Shown one piece after another: positions 37,229-47,315 of a DNA stretch of 64,000 bases. Numbering within the stretch: the first letter of the stretch is position 1; every line of letters starts with the position of its first letter. This stretch comes from Candidatus Staskawiczbacteria bacterium RIFOXYD1_FULL_32_13. Its GTDB lineage: Bacteria; Patescibacteriota; Minisyncoccia; Minisyncoccales; Staskawiczbacteraceae. A program made the position numbers and the translations under genes. The DNA lies in the NCBI GenBank assembly GCA_001820485.1, contig MHPU01000039.1:30904-94903 (forward strand). The letters run 5' to 3'. The notes under the pieces were generated by a model. That model saw nothing but the letters and a program-made list of their open reading frames with translations, was not told the DNA's origin and ran no database searches.

Positions 37229-37636
37229 TCAGCACAGAACCAAAACATCGCCGGCTGAGAATCCAAAATCATCCATGTAGAATTGCCAGTCCTCGGGACC
37301 TTCGCCGACCATGGGCTTGGCCCATATTAGCGTGGGGACGCAATTGTCTCCGTCGGTGTAGTACCAGTGTTCCGGAAACACCAAAGTCTTTCCTCGTAGT
37401 TCCGTGGGGATCCTGTCTTTCTGTGTTAGCATGCTTCGGGCATGGCTAGCGCCAGTGCGTTTTCCCAGCTTACCGACGATTCCCACCACTTCCTGACTTT
37501 TCCCACTCTGTTCGATGGGGAAGAAATTGGGTCGGAATTCCTGACCCAACTCGGCCGGCACCTCTCCTTGGCAAACCCAGTCATCCCTGCGCGGTTCCCA
37601 CAAATCAGTCATTCGGAAAACCACATTGGTTTCCAT
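37229..37636 (-). CDS. Orphan protein (GC-richer solo cassette)
   Basis: AGGAG SD; minus-strand TTGACA...TATAAT at ~37717-37691; terminator ~37155-37200. Confidence 0.6.
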   Translation of the reverse strand: METNVVFRMTDLWEPRRDDWVCQGEVPAELGQEFRPNFFPIEQSGKSQEVVGIVGKLGKRTGASHARSMLTQKDRIPTELRGKTLVFPEHWYYTDGDNCVPTLIWAKPMVGEGPEDWQFYMDDFGFSAGDVLVLC

Positions 37637-37718
37637 TTCGTTCTCCTTGCAATAGGGGGGGTAAAAACTTTAGCACAATTCTATAGTTTTATTATATCAT
37701 ATTATATAATCTTGTCAA

Positions 37719-38945
37719 GTGAAAAATGAAGAAATTTCAAAATCTAACACAAACAGAATAATAGCACATTTGGATATGGATGCATTTTTTGCGAGTATAG
37801 AAGAAGCAGATAGCCCAATTTTTAAAGGAAAACCAATTGCAGTGGGATCTGAGGCGCTAAATGGTAATGGAAGGGGGGTTGTTTCTACTGCAAATTATAA
37901 AGCTCGCGAATATGGTATTCATTCTGCTTTGCCCATTTCACAGGCATGGCAACTCTCACAAAAAGCCAAAAAAGAAGGCAAGGATGAAGTGATTTTTTTA
38001 CCAGTAGATATGGAAAGATATGAGCAAGTATCTTGTGGAATTTATGATATAATAAAAAAATACGCTAATGTTGTGGAACCAGCTAGCATTGATGAATTTT
38101 ATTTCGATTTAACACCCAGTTTGTCATTGCGAGGAGCGACCGAAGGGAGCGACGCGGCAATCCAGAGTAGTAGCACGAATTCTAGATTGCTACGTCGTCC
38201 TGCAAAGGCGGGACTCCTCGCAATGACAGGTGAGGACGATGAGTGGAAACAAGCAGAGAAAATTTGTTTGAAAATAAAAAAAGAAATAAAAGAAAAATTT
38301 AAAATTACTTGTTCTGTGGGCCTTGCTCCTAATAAATTAATTTCTAAAATTGCTGCTGGCAAGAAAAAGCCAGATGGATTTGTTATTGTGCGACAGGAAG
38401 AGGTAGAAGTTTTTCTAGAACCATTGTCAGTGCGTGAATTGCCGGGAGTAGGCCCTAAGACAGGGGAAGTTTTAAGAAAAAATGGCGTAGAAAAAATAAA
38501 AGATTTAAAAAAGTTTTCGTACGAGGATTTATATGATATACTTGGAAAATATGGATTAGATTTGTATTATAAAGCTAAAGGAATTGATGACTCAGAACTT
38601 ATTGAAAGTAGGGAGGTAAAATCTATTGGAGAACAAACAACTTTTGATAAGGACACTCAAGATGCAGTTTATATTGGAGATATTTTTGAAAAACTGTGTT
38701 CTGATGTATTTTTAAGATTTAAAGAATCAGGATTTAAAAGTTTTAAAACAATTGCAATTACTGTAAGATTTAAAGGATTTGAAACAAAAACTACAGCCAA
38801 GACTTTAAAAGAATCAATTAGTAGCGAGAAAATATTTAAATTAGAAGCTTTAAAACTTTTATTACCATATTTAGATAGCAGGAAAAATCCAAATAATAAA
38901 TTAATTAGATTAATTGGCGTTAGTATAAAAAATTTTAATAATTAA
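37719..38945 (+). CDS. dinB: DNA polymerase IV
   Basis: HLDMDAFFASIE, STANY.AR.YG, SIDE, KPDG, LPGVG; carries an in-frame palindromic insert. Confidence 0.95.
   Translation: MKNEEISKSNTNRIIAHLDMDAFFASIEEADSPIFKGKPIAVGSEALNGNGRGVVSTANYKAREYGIHSALPISQAWQLSQKAKKEGKDEVIFLPVDMERYEQVSCGIYDIIKKYANVVEPASIDEFYFDLTPSLSLRGATEGSDAAIQSSSTNSRLLRRPAKAGLLAMTGEDDEWKQAEKICLKIKKEIKEKFKITCSVGLAPNKLISKIAAGKKKPDGFVIVRQEEVEVFLEPLSVRELPGVGPKTGEVLRKNGVEKIKDLKKFSYEDLYDILGKYGLDLYYKAKGIDDSELIESREVKSIGEQTTFDKDTQDAVYIGDIFEKLCSDVFLRFKESGFKSFKTIAITVRFKGFETKTTAKTLKESISSEKIFKLEALKLLLPYLDSRKNPNNKLIRLIGVSIKNFNN
38122..38228. repeat. Full family-B palindrome inserted in-frame in dinB
   Basis: TGTCATTGCGAGGAG...CTCCTCGCAATGACA; encodes LSLRGATEGSDAAIQ...GLLAMT. 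Confidence 0.88.
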
Positions 38946-38951
38946 AAACTT

Positions 38952-39833
38952 ATGAACAAAATTTTTTTAGGGATTTTATCAATAATTTTAATTGTTCTAG
39001 TTTTTGGAGCTGGAATTTATTTTAATAATGAAATTTATTCTTTTTTTGGTGGAATAAATAAAAATATTGAAGATTTTAAGAAAACCGAAATAGGAAATTT
39101 AATAAATCAAGTTGGCAATGAAGTTTTAAATCCCTCTCCTTTAAAAGTTAACAATCCATTCAAAAATGTTGTTTTAACAAGTGAAAAAGTATTTTTGGAA
39201 ACAAATATTCAAAGAAACATTAATGGATTTTTGCCACTTTCAAGAAATGCTGTTTTAGATAAATCAGCATTAGCCAAAGCCAATGATATGTTTAAAAATC
39301 AGTATTTTGAACACAATTCACCTTCGGGAGTGAGTCCTGCTGAATTAGTTAAAAGTTTTGGATATAATTATATAGTTACTGGAGAGAATTTGATTTTAGG
39401 GAATTTTGATTCCGAATATAAATTGGTTGAGGCTTGGATGAATAGCCCTGGGCATAGGGCAAATATTTTAAATAAAAGATATACAGAAGTGGGCATTGCA
39501 GTTGTAAAAGGAACTTATAATGGGCAAACAACTTGGATTGGGGTTCAAGAGTTTGGCTTGCCTTTGTCTGCGTGCACAAAACCAGATATTGATTTAAAAA
39601 ATCAAATTGATATATTAAAAGTAAAAATAGATAATTTATCATTGCAAATTGAACAAAAAAAACAAGAAATTGATAGCATAAGCTCAAACGCCAAAAAATT
39701 TAATATGTTAGCTAAAGAGTATAATGATTTGATTAGAGAGTATGAAAATTTAGCTAATCAAATAAAAATTTTAATTACAAAATATAATAATGAGGTTTCA
39801 ATATTTAATAATTGTGTTGCTGGTAGTAATTAA
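38952..39833 (+). CDS. CAP/SCP-domain protein with TM anchor and coiled coil
   Basis: YFEHNSP, GENL, WMNSPGHRANIL, VQEFG. Confidence 0.92.
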   Translation: MNKIFLGILSIILIVLVFGAGIYFNNEIYSFFGGINKNIEDFKKTEIGNLINQVGNEVLNPSPLKVNNPFKNVVLTSEKVFLETNIQRNINGFLPLSRNAVLDKSALAKANDMFKNQYFEHNSPSGVSPAELVKSFGYNYIVTGENLILGNFDSEYKLVEAWMNSPGHRANILNKRYTEVGIAVVKGTYNGQTTWIGVQEFGLPLSACTKPDIDLKNQIDILKVKIDNLSLQIEQKKQEIDSISSNAKKFNMLAKEYNDLIREYENLANQIKILITKYNNEVSIFNNCVAGSN

Positions 39834-39839
39834 TAATTT

Positions 39840-40619
39840 ATGAAAATTTTTGCAGTTAAAACAAGGGCTATGTTACCACCAAAAGATGATTTGTTCTCCT
39901 TGATTAGGAGTAGTTTTCTATACAATAAAATAAAATTGAAAGAAAAATCAATAATTGTAATTACTTCAAAAATTGTTACTATTGCTCAAGGCAGATGTGT
40001 AAAAATAAATACAGATTTGAATAAAGAACATCAAAGAAAGGAGAAAGATAAATTGATAAAACAGGAAGCAGATTTTTTCATTGATCGTAAACACGTTCCG
40101 CATCAGTTAGTAACTTTAACAATCAAAAATAATATTTTAATTCCAACTTCTGGTATTGATGAAAGTAATGCAAATGGATATTATATTTTATGGCCTAAAA
40201 AACCATTTTTGGAAGCTAAAAAAATTCATGCATTTATAAAAAAAGAATTTGGTGTAAAAAAAGTTGGTATAATAATTTCTGATAGCCATACAACTCCCTT
40301 AAGAGCTGGAATTTCTGGAATTTCAATTGCTTATTTTGGCTTTTATCCATTAAGAGATTACAGAGGTAAAAAAGATATATTTGCAAGAGAGCTTAAAATG
40401 TCACAAACAAATATTGTAGATTCTTTAGCTGATATTGCAGTTTTTGCAATGGGTGAGGGAAATGAGCAAACTCCAATTGCAATTATTGAGGATGCCTTGG
40501 GAATTAAGTTTGGTTTTGATAGTGTAAAAAATGATCCTTTAATAATTGATAAAAAACAAGACATTTATTGGCCATTAGTAAATGGTGCAAAATGGAGTAA
40601 AGGTAAAAATAAAAAGTAG
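39840..40619 (+). CDS. CofE-like (F420-0:gamma-glutamyl ligase family) protein
   Basis: ITSKIV, SGIDESN, IISDS...PLR.G, GEG.EQTP. Confidence 0.85.
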   Translation: MKIFAVKTRAMLPPKDDLFSLIRSSFLYNKIKLKEKSIIVITSKIVTIAQGRCVKINTDLNKEHQRKEKDKLIKQEADFFIDRKHVPHQLVTLTIKNNILIPTSGIDESNANGYYILWPKKPFLEAKKIHAFIKKEFGVKKVGIIISDSHTTPLRAGISGISIAYFGFYPLRDYRGKKDIFARELKMSQTNIVDSLADIAVFAMGEGNEQTPIAIIEDALGIKFGFDSVKNDPLIIDKKQDIYWPLVNGAKWSKGKNKK

Positions 40620-40622
40620 AAT

Positions 40623-41159
40623 ATGAAATTTGCAATTGTTTCAGATAGTCATAATAATGTAAAAAATTTTAAAAAAATTATTGTATTTTTGAATAAAGAA
40701 AATATTAAGTTGATTTTGCATTGTGGAGATATTGGAAGTCCAGAATTTTTAGAAGAATCATTACAAGATTTTGATGGAAAGTTTTTTGGAGTTTTAGGAA
40801 ATATGGATAGAGATTATAGAATATTAGTGGTTGATTATAATAAAATTAAAAATGTGAAGATTGAAGAAAGAGTTTTGGAAATTCCAATTGATAAAAAAAT
40901 GACAGCTATTACACATTATCCAGAAACTGCACGAAGTTTGGCTGAGTCTGGTAAATATAATTTAGTTTTTTATGGACACACACATAAGCCTTGGCTTGAC
41001 TCGCTGAAGCTCGCAAGCGAAAGCGGTGAAGAGAAAAAGTGTTTGCTTGTTAATCCTGGAGAAACTGCTGGACAAATATTTAAACCTTGTTTTGCAATTT
41101 ATGATACAGAAAAAGATTTTCTTGAACTTAAAATTTTAGAAAGATTAGAACAACGCTAA
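40623..41159 (+). CDS. YfcE-family metallophosphoesterase
   Basis: SDSH, HCGD, GNMD, YGHTH, NPG. Confidence 0.9.
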   Translation: MKFAIVSDSHNNVKNFKKIIVFLNKENIKLILHCGDIGSPEFLEESLQDFDGKFFGVLGNMDRDYRILVVDYNKIKNVKIEERVLEIPIDKKMTAITHYPETARSLAESGKYNLVFYGHTHKPWLDSLKLASESGEEKKCLLVNPGETAGQIFKPCFAIYDTEKDFLELKILERLEQR

Positions 41160-41248
41160 GTTGTCTAGAAAGGTTGACTATTTATAGAAAAAGAGTAAAA
41201 TATAACTATTATAAAAAATGAATAATAAAAATTAAAATTCAAACTTAC

Positions 41249-42670
41249 ATGAAATCTAAATATTATATTCTTATAGCTATTATTGTGTTAGCTTTTTTAG
41301 TTGGAAATTTTGCAAACCCAATTTACTTTAATAAATCTGTTGATTTTTTAAATTCTAAATTTTCTTGGACACTGCCACATTTTTGGAACAAACCATTTAC
41401 TTTAGGTCTTGATTTGCAAGGTGGTGTAAATTTAGTTTATCAGGCAGATTTAAGCCAAACAATTGATAAGGATGGGGCTATGGCAGGTTTGAGAGATGTA
41501 ATTGAAAGAAGAGTTAATATGTTTGGAGTATCTGAGCCTGTTGTGCAAATTCAGGGCGAGGATAGGCTTTTGGTAGAGCTTCCTGGAGTGAAAAATGTAC
41601 AAGAAGCAATACAAATGATTGGAGAAACTCCATATTTAGAGTTTTTGGAGCAGAGAGAAGAAAAAGATTCTCAAATAATTTTAGATAAAATGAAAGAAAT
41701 TCAAACAGCACAGGAGAAAGGAGAAGATATTTCAAAAATTATAGATTGGCAAATAGCGTTGCAAAGTCCTTATTTTAAGCCAACAGAATTAACTGGAAAA
41801 TATTTAAAATCTGCTAATGTTATTTTCAATCAAACAACATTTAAACCTGAAATTGAACTTCAATTTAATGATGATGGAGCTAAGTTGTTTGAAACTATTA
41901 CAGAAAGAAATGCAAATAAACCTTTGGCAATATTTTTAGATGGAGCTTCGATTATAGATACATCGGGAGATAATAAAATTGATGGAAATGATTTATACGC
42001 TCCAATTGTTCAAGGTAAAATTTCTGGCGGGCGAGCTGTAATTACAGGAAATATGTCAACACAAACTGCAAATGATATTAAGAGACGATTAAATTCAGGA
42101 GCTTTGCCAGTTAAAATTGGTGCGCCAATTTCTCAAGAAACAGTAGGACCTACTTTAGGATCTGTTTCTTTGCAAAAGTCTTTATGGGCAGGAGTTTGGG
42201 GTCTTTTAGCTGTAGCTTTGTTTATGATTGTATTTTATAGATTGCCAGGACTTTTGGCTTCTATTGCTTTGGTAATTTATGTTGCAATTGTTTTATCTAT
42301 ATTTAAATTAGTGCCTGTAACTTTAACTTTAGCTGGAATTGGTGGATTTATTTTGTCTATTGGAATGGCAGTTGATGCTAATATTTTGATTTTTGCTAGA
42401 ATGAAGGAAGAAATAAATAATGGTAAAAGCTTAGGACTTGCAATTGATGAAGGTTTTAAAAGAGCCTGGCCATCAATTAGAGATAGTAACTTAAATTCTT
42501 TGATCGTTTGTGCAATTTTATTTTTATTTGCAACCTCGTTTATTAAGGGATTTGCTTTGACTTTGAGCATTGGTATTTTAGTAAGTTTATTTTCAGCAAT
42601 ATTCATCACTAGAATTTTACTACAAATATTTATTGGAAATTGGGCAGAAAAAGTCAAGTGGCTTTTGTAA
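41249..42670 (+). CDS. secD: Protein translocase subunit SecD
   Basis: LGLDLQGG, RRVN..GVSEP, GALP, IGMAVDANILIFAR. Confidence 0.97.
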   Translation: MKSKYYILIAIIVLAFLVGNFANPIYFNKSVDFLNSKFSWTLPHFWNKPFTLGLDLQGGVNLVYQADLSQTIDKDGAMAGLRDVIERRVNMFGVSEPVVQIQGEDRLLVELPGVKNVQEAIQMIGETPYLEFLEQREEKDSQIILDKMKEIQTAQEKGEDISKIIDWQIALQSPYFKPTELTGKYLKSANVIFNQTTFKPEIELQFNDDGAKLFETITERNANKPLAIFLDGASIIDTSGDNKIDGNDLYAPIVQGKISGGRAVITGNMSTQTANDIKRRLNSGALPVKIGAPISQETVGPTLGSVSLQKSLWAGVWGLLAVALFMIVFYRLPGLLASIALVIYVAIVLSIFKLVPVTLTLAGIGGFILSIGMAVDANILIFARMKEEINNGKSLGLAIDEGFKRAWPSIRDSNLNSLIVCAILFLFATSFIKGFALTLSIGILVSLFSAIFITRILLQIFIGNWAEKVKWLL

Positions 42671-42692
42671 AATAATTTTGTAATTTGAAAAG

Positions 42693-42790
42693 TCTCTTTC
42701 TGTCATTGCGAGGAGCCCGCAGGCGACGTGGCAATTTAGAAGTTTGAGATTGCTTCGGCTATTGCGATAGCCTCGCAATGACGGAAGAGA
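42693..42790. repeat. Family-B palindrome, intergenic
   Basis: TCTCTTTCTGTCATTGCGAGG...CCTCGCAATGACGGAAGAGA. Confidence 0.85.
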
Positions 42791-42874
42791 ACTAATTTTG
42801 TAAAAAAAGAGACGCTGGGTCGTCCGAGAAAAATTCGGATTACTCCCAGCGCCATGCTGACGAAAAAGCGGTTT

Positions 42875-43162
42875 TCACGCCGGGTATTCGTCAACTGGAC
42901 GTTGCCACGGTTCTCGCTCATTGCTTTTCGGTCGGCTACGATGATCATCGGTTCCCTGTTTTATTGGGTCGCTTTCTTCCTTTTCTTCCGTGGGTTGTTC
43001 GCCATCGAACAGCACAAGTGCTTCACGATTTGCCAGATCTACGGCGACTATTGAGACCGATCCGCCCCTCTTCAGTGCTTCGTTGAGTCTTCTCACAAAG
43101 CATTCACTCGAGCGACCAGTTTCCACTTCGCGAACTGTTGGTTCTATGAGTTCCACATACAT
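42875..43162 (-). CDS. Orphan protein (GC-richer solo cassette splitting secD-secF)
   Basis: TAAGGAG SD before ATG 43168/43162; minus-strand TTGACA at ~43229; terminator ~42797-42853. Confidence 0.55.
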   Translation of the reverse strand: MYVELIEPTVREVETGRSSECFVRRLNEALKRGGSVSIVAVDLANREALVLFDGEQPTEEKEESDPIKQGTDDHRSRPKSNEREPWQRPVDEYPA

Positions 43163-43253
43163 AATCATCTCCTTAAAATCAGGGATTCGAAACCATAGAA
43201 ATAATATCAAAAATAAAATTAATTGTCAAATAAAATATTAAAAAAATAAAAAT

Positions 43254-44150
43254 ATGAATTTCAATTATACAAAGTATTCGCCAATATATTACACAATCTC
43301 TGGGGTTTTAATTATTGCCTCAATTGTTTGTTTGTCTGTTTTTGGATTAAAGTTTGGAATTGAATTTACAGGTGGTAGTAATATGCAAATTGAATTTTTG
43401 GAAAATAGACCGTCAAATGAAGATATAAATAAATCTCTGGTTGATTTTAAATTAGGAGACATAGTAATTCAGCCAACAGGCCAAAAAGGTGTTATTTTGC
43501 AATTTAAGGGCGTAGATGAGGCGATTCATCAGCAAATTTTGGCAAAAATAAATGAGCTTTCAAAATCAGAAGAAAAAAGCTTTCAATTTATTGGGCCATC
43601 TGTTGGTCAAGAATTAAAAAACAAGACTCAAATTGCTATTGTAATGGTGCTTTTAGCAATTACAATTTATATTGCATTTGCTTTCAGAAAAGTTTCTCGC
43701 CCCGTTGCTTCTTGGAAATATGGAGTTACTTCTTTAATCGCATTGTTTCATGATATTTTAATCCCACTTGGAGTATTTGCTGTTTTAGGAAAATTTTATA
43801 ATGTTGAAATTACAATTCCAATTATTGCTGCTTTGCTTACAGTTTTAGGATTTTCGGTTCATGACACAATTGTTATTTTTGACAGAATCAGGGAAAATAT
43901 TTTAAGAAAAGGAATGGGGCAGTTTAAAGAAAATGTAGATCTGAGTTTAAACCAAACCTTAGGTAGATCTTTAAGTACTGTATTTAGTACATTAATTCCA
44001 CTTTTTGCAATGTACTTTTTTGGAGGAGAAACTTTAAAATATTTTTCTTTGGCTTTAATAATTGGAATAACTTCTGGGGCTTATTCTTCAATATTTATTG
44101 CAGGCCCCTTATTGGTTTCTTGGAGAAAATGGGATGAAAAGAAATTCTAA
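43254..44150 (+). CDS. secF: Protein translocase subunit SecF
   Basis: GIEFTGG, GPSVGQEL, HDTIVIFDRIRE, GAYSSIFIA. Confidence 0.97.
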   Translation: MNFNYTKYSPIYYTISGVLIIASIVCLSVFGLKFGIEFTGGSNMQIEFLENRPSNEDINKSLVDFKLGDIVIQPTGQKGVILQFKGVDEAIHQQILAKINELSKSEEKSFQFIGPSVGQELKNKTQIAIVMVLLAITIYIAFAFRKVSRPVASWKYGVTSLIALFHDILIPLGVFAVLGKFYNVEITIPIIAALLTVLGFSVHDTIVIFDRIRENILRKGMGQFKENVDLSLNQTLGRSLSTVFSTLIPLFAMYFFGGETLKYFSLALIIGITSGAYSSIFIAGPLLVSWRKWDEKKF

Positions 44151-44303
44151 AAATAGTTATTAACAGTTAAGTCTTCAAGACTCTTGACATATAAACTAAT
44201 ATATGCTAACATTATATATTAAACTATAAACTATTAATAGTGCTATATTTTTTAGCCTTAAAACCAACCTAAAAATTATCGCAATATTTAGTAACATATT
44301 AAA

Positions 44304-45332
44304 ATGACAAAATTAAATTACGCACAATTATATACAAAATTAACCAAAGGTCTTTCTCCAAAATCAAAGAATATTTTTGATAGACGTTTTGGAGTAAAAA
44401 ATGGTAAACCAGAAACCTTAGAATCAATAGGGGATTCTTTGCATATTACCAGAGAAAGAGTTAGGCAGATTGAAGAAGTTGGTTTTAACTTTGTAAGAAA
44501 AAATAATCAAGAAACTTTAGATAAAGTTTTTAAAGAATTTGTTGATTATTTTACCAAAAATGGTGGTTTAAGACGTGAGGATTTAGTACTTGAAGAATTA
44601 GGAGGTAAGAAAAATAAACCATTTGTTTTATTCTTTTTAACAATTTCTGATTTGTTTACTAGAGTTTGTGAGAAAAAAGACTTTTTCTATTTTTGGTCAA
44701 TAATTCCAGATGCTAAAAATAAAGTTAAAGAAACTTTAGATTCTCTAGTAAAAGATATTGATGTAGTTGGAAAAGTTATGGCTAGAAAAGATGTGATTGT
44801 TTCTTTTGCTTCAAAAAATAATTTAAGTAATGAGGCTGTTTCTTCTTATCTTGAAATTTCCAAAAATATTCAGACAAATAGAGAAGGGAAATTGGGTTTG
44901 GTTCACTGGCCAGAAATAAAACCAAGAGGTGTAAAGGATAGAGCATTTTTAACTTTTAAGAAACATGGCAAACCTTTGCATTTTACAGATGTAGCTAAAA
45001 TGATTGATAAATTGGAATATAATCAGCCAAATAAAAAAACTTATGCTCAAACAGTGCATAATGAACTGATTAAGGATTCAAGATTTGTTTTAGTGGGTAG
45101 GGGCACTTATGCTTTATCAGAATGGGGATATACTCCAGGAACAATTAAAGATGTTATTATTAAAGTATTGCAAACCAAAAATCAACCAACACATAAAGAT
45201 GAAATTGTTAAGGAAGTTTTGTCTCAAAGAATGGTTGCAAAAAATACAGTGCTTATGAATTTGAACATCAAAAATAATTTTGATAAAGATGATAAAGGAA
45301 ATTATTTTATCAGAAAAATCGAATCAGTGTAA
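44304..45332 (+). CDS. Sigma70 region-4 HTH protein with C-terminal HARE-HTH-like domains
   Basis: RRFG...ETLESIG...ITRERVRQIE; GKPLHF...VHNELIKD.RFVLVGRG.YAL.EW; no sigma region 2 seen. Confidence 0.8.
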   Translation: MTKLNYAQLYTKLTKGLSPKSKNIFDRRFGVKNGKPETLESIGDSLHITRERVRQIEEVGFNFVRKNNQETLDKVFKEFVDYFTKNGGLRREDLVLEELGGKKNKPFVLFFLTISDLFTRVCEKKDFFYFWSIIPDAKNKVKETLDSLVKDIDVVGKVMARKDVIVSFASKNNLSNEAVSSYLEISKNIQTNREGKLGLVHWPEIKPRGVKDRAFLTFKKHGKPLHFTDVAKMIDKLEYNQPNKKTYAQTVHNELIKDSRFVLVGRGTYALSEWGYTPGTIKDVIIKVLQTKNQPTHKDEIVKEVLSQRMVAKNTVLMNLNIKNNFDKDDKGNYFIRKIESV

Positions 45333-45516
45333 AAGTACATAAATAAAAGTGTGACTACTGTCACGTTTTTATTTTGTAAAAATAAATATCGCAAGAAAGT
45401 AGCGATCGCCATTTTTGTGCGATAATAATTTTTATTTTATAGCTTGTTTGTTGATTTTAAAATCTGTGAGGAGTATAATAATATAATGAATTTGAAATTT
45501 AAAATTTGAAATTTTA

Positions 45517-45735
45517 ATGAATTATTTTTTTATTGGTTTATATATTTTATTGGCACTTACAGCAGTTTATTATATTGTATTTTTTGCATTACTTTATTAT
45601 TGGCATGAGAAAAAAGCTACTTTTGTAGTAGTTCCTATAATCTTTACATTTTACTTTTTTGCAATAGGTTTTTTAATTGTTTCTATTATCTCATTAGCTA
45701 TTGAATATTTACCAAGTTTTTTAAATAATTTATAA
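45517..45735 (+). CDS. Small membrane protein
   Basis: Two TM segments. Confidence 0.65.
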   Translation: MNYFFIGLYILLALTAVYYIVFFALLYYWHEKKATFVVVPIIFTFYFFAIGFLIVSIISLAIEYLPSFLNNL

Positions 45736-45753
45736 AATTATTTTTTTAAAAAA

Positions 45754-47154
45754 ATGGCAAGCAAAATTTACAAAACATATTTTTTCTTTATGCCTTGGGC
45801 AAGGAAGGCATTTTGGGATCCTTTTTGGTGGGCGATTTTATTTGTAGTAATTTTGTTTATTCCTTTTTTAAGACCTTGGGGATGGTTTTTTCTTCCAATG
45901 ATGTTAATTGTGCAACTAAAAGAACTTTATCTTTGGTGGATAATGTGGGATTTTACTTATGCAAAATTCAAATGGGTAGTAATTGAAATGATTCCACCAA
46001 AAGAAGTTTTGGCTCCGTTTAAAGCTATGGAAGATGTTTTTACTAGTCTTTGGCCAATATATGATTCTGGTAATTGGCGTGAGCAGTGGTGTGAGGGAGA
46101 ATTTGCTGAATCAGCATATTGGTTTTCTTGGGAAATTGTAAGTGCTGAAGGATCGGTCCATTTTTATTTAAGATGTCTTGCTCAGCATAGAAGGACTATA
46201 GAATCAATTATTTATGGTCATTATCCGGAAATAGAAATGCGTGAAGTGCCTGATTACTTAAAAGCTATTCCGCAAGATATACCCAACCAAGAGTGGGATT
46301 TGTATGGAGAAGATTGGATGTTTGAAAAAATAGATTGTTATCCTATTAGAACTTATGAAAAGTTTTTTGAGCCACAAGGCGAAAGGATTTCAGCAGAGGA
46401 AAAAAGAATAGATCCAATGGCCTCCTTACTTGAAGGGCTTTCTAGATTAGGTCCAGGTGAGCATTTTTGGATTCAATTTATTACAACTCCAGTTGTTGAT
46501 TCTGAAGTTGGACTTAATGCAATAGCAAAAAAAGAAATTGATAGAATTGCGAGGCGACCTGTTAAAAAAGAGAAAACATTTCTGCAAGATATAGGAGATT
46601 TGTTATATTACTTGATTATGGGACCTACAAAAGAGGGTAGTGGCGAAAAAGCAACTTATAAATTTCTCCCAAGAGTAATGGAGGATGAAGGTGATGATAA
46701 TGAGCTTATGTTAACTCCTGGAGAAAAAGAAGTTTTACTTGGTATTGAAGATAAAATGAAAAAGCCAATTTTTAAATGTTCTGTGAGAGGTGCTTATGTA
46801 GCTAAAAGGGAGAATTGGAGCGGGGCAAGTAAAAATGCTGGGAGAGGTTATTTTGGGCATTTTAAAACAATGCATTTAAATGCTCTAAGATATACTGGTG
46901 ATACAAGACCAAAGACTCATTATCTTTTTAGAAAAAGAAGAGCATATTTTAGAGCAAGAAAAATGTTTAGAAATATTGTTCGTCGTTTTCCTGCAATGTA
47001 TCCAGATATGAAAGCATATACAATACTTTTAAATTCTGAAGAATTGGCAACATTATTTCACTTTCCAAATAAACTTACAGGACTTGTTTCTCCATCAGTG
47101 GCAAGGGTGGAATCAAAGAGAGGTGGACCTCCAGAAAATTTGCCAATAGAATAA
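45754..47154 (+). CDS. Membrane-anchored conserved protein of the type found beside CPR TrwB/HerA-like ATPases
   Basis: N-terminal TM; FSWEI, YP.IE..EV.DY, YPIRTY..F, DPM, LNSEELATLFHFP, PP.NLP. Confidence 0.7.
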   Translation: MASKIYKTYFFFMPWARKAFWDPFWWAILFVVILFIPFLRPWGWFFLPMMLIVQLKELYLWWIMWDFTYAKFKWVVIEMIPPKEVLAPFKAMEDVFTSLWPIYDSGNWREQWCEGEFAESAYWFSWEIVSAEGSVHFYLRCLAQHRRTIESIIYGHYPEIEMREVPDYLKAIPQDIPNQEWDLYGEDWMFEKIDCYPIRTYEKFFEPQGERISAEEKRIDPMASLLEGLSRLGPGEHFWIQFITTPVVDSEVGLNAIAKKEIDRIARRPVKKEKTFLQDIGDLLYYLIMGPTKEGSGEKATYKFLPRVMEDEGDDNELMLTPGEKEVLLGIEDKMKKPIFKCSVRGAYVAKRENWSGASKNAGRGYFGHFKTMHLNALRYTGDTRPKTHYLFRKRRAYFRARKMFRNIVRRFPAMYPDMKAYTILLNSEELATLFHFPNKLTGLVSPSVARVESKRGGPPENLPIE

Positions 47155-47179
47155 AAAGCTATGTAATCATAAGTAAAAT

Positions 47180-47284
47180 CAGTGTCATTGCGAGCCCCGC
47201 TATAGCGGGGCGTGGCAATCTAGAGTTTGCATATAAAATTCTGGATTGCCACGCTCGCCTGCAGGCTCGCTCGCAATGACACTG
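47180..47284. repeat. Family-B palindrome, intergenic
   Basis: CAGTGTCATTGCGAGC...GCTCGCAATGACACTG. Confidence 0.88.
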
Positions 47285-47315
47285 CTACTATTGTTAAAAT
47301 AATTATTTAATTTAT

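Noticed and set aside
38122-38228. Intein or intron in dinB
   Set aside because: Too short, no intein terminal residues or intron core; it matches the dispersed family-B palindrome.
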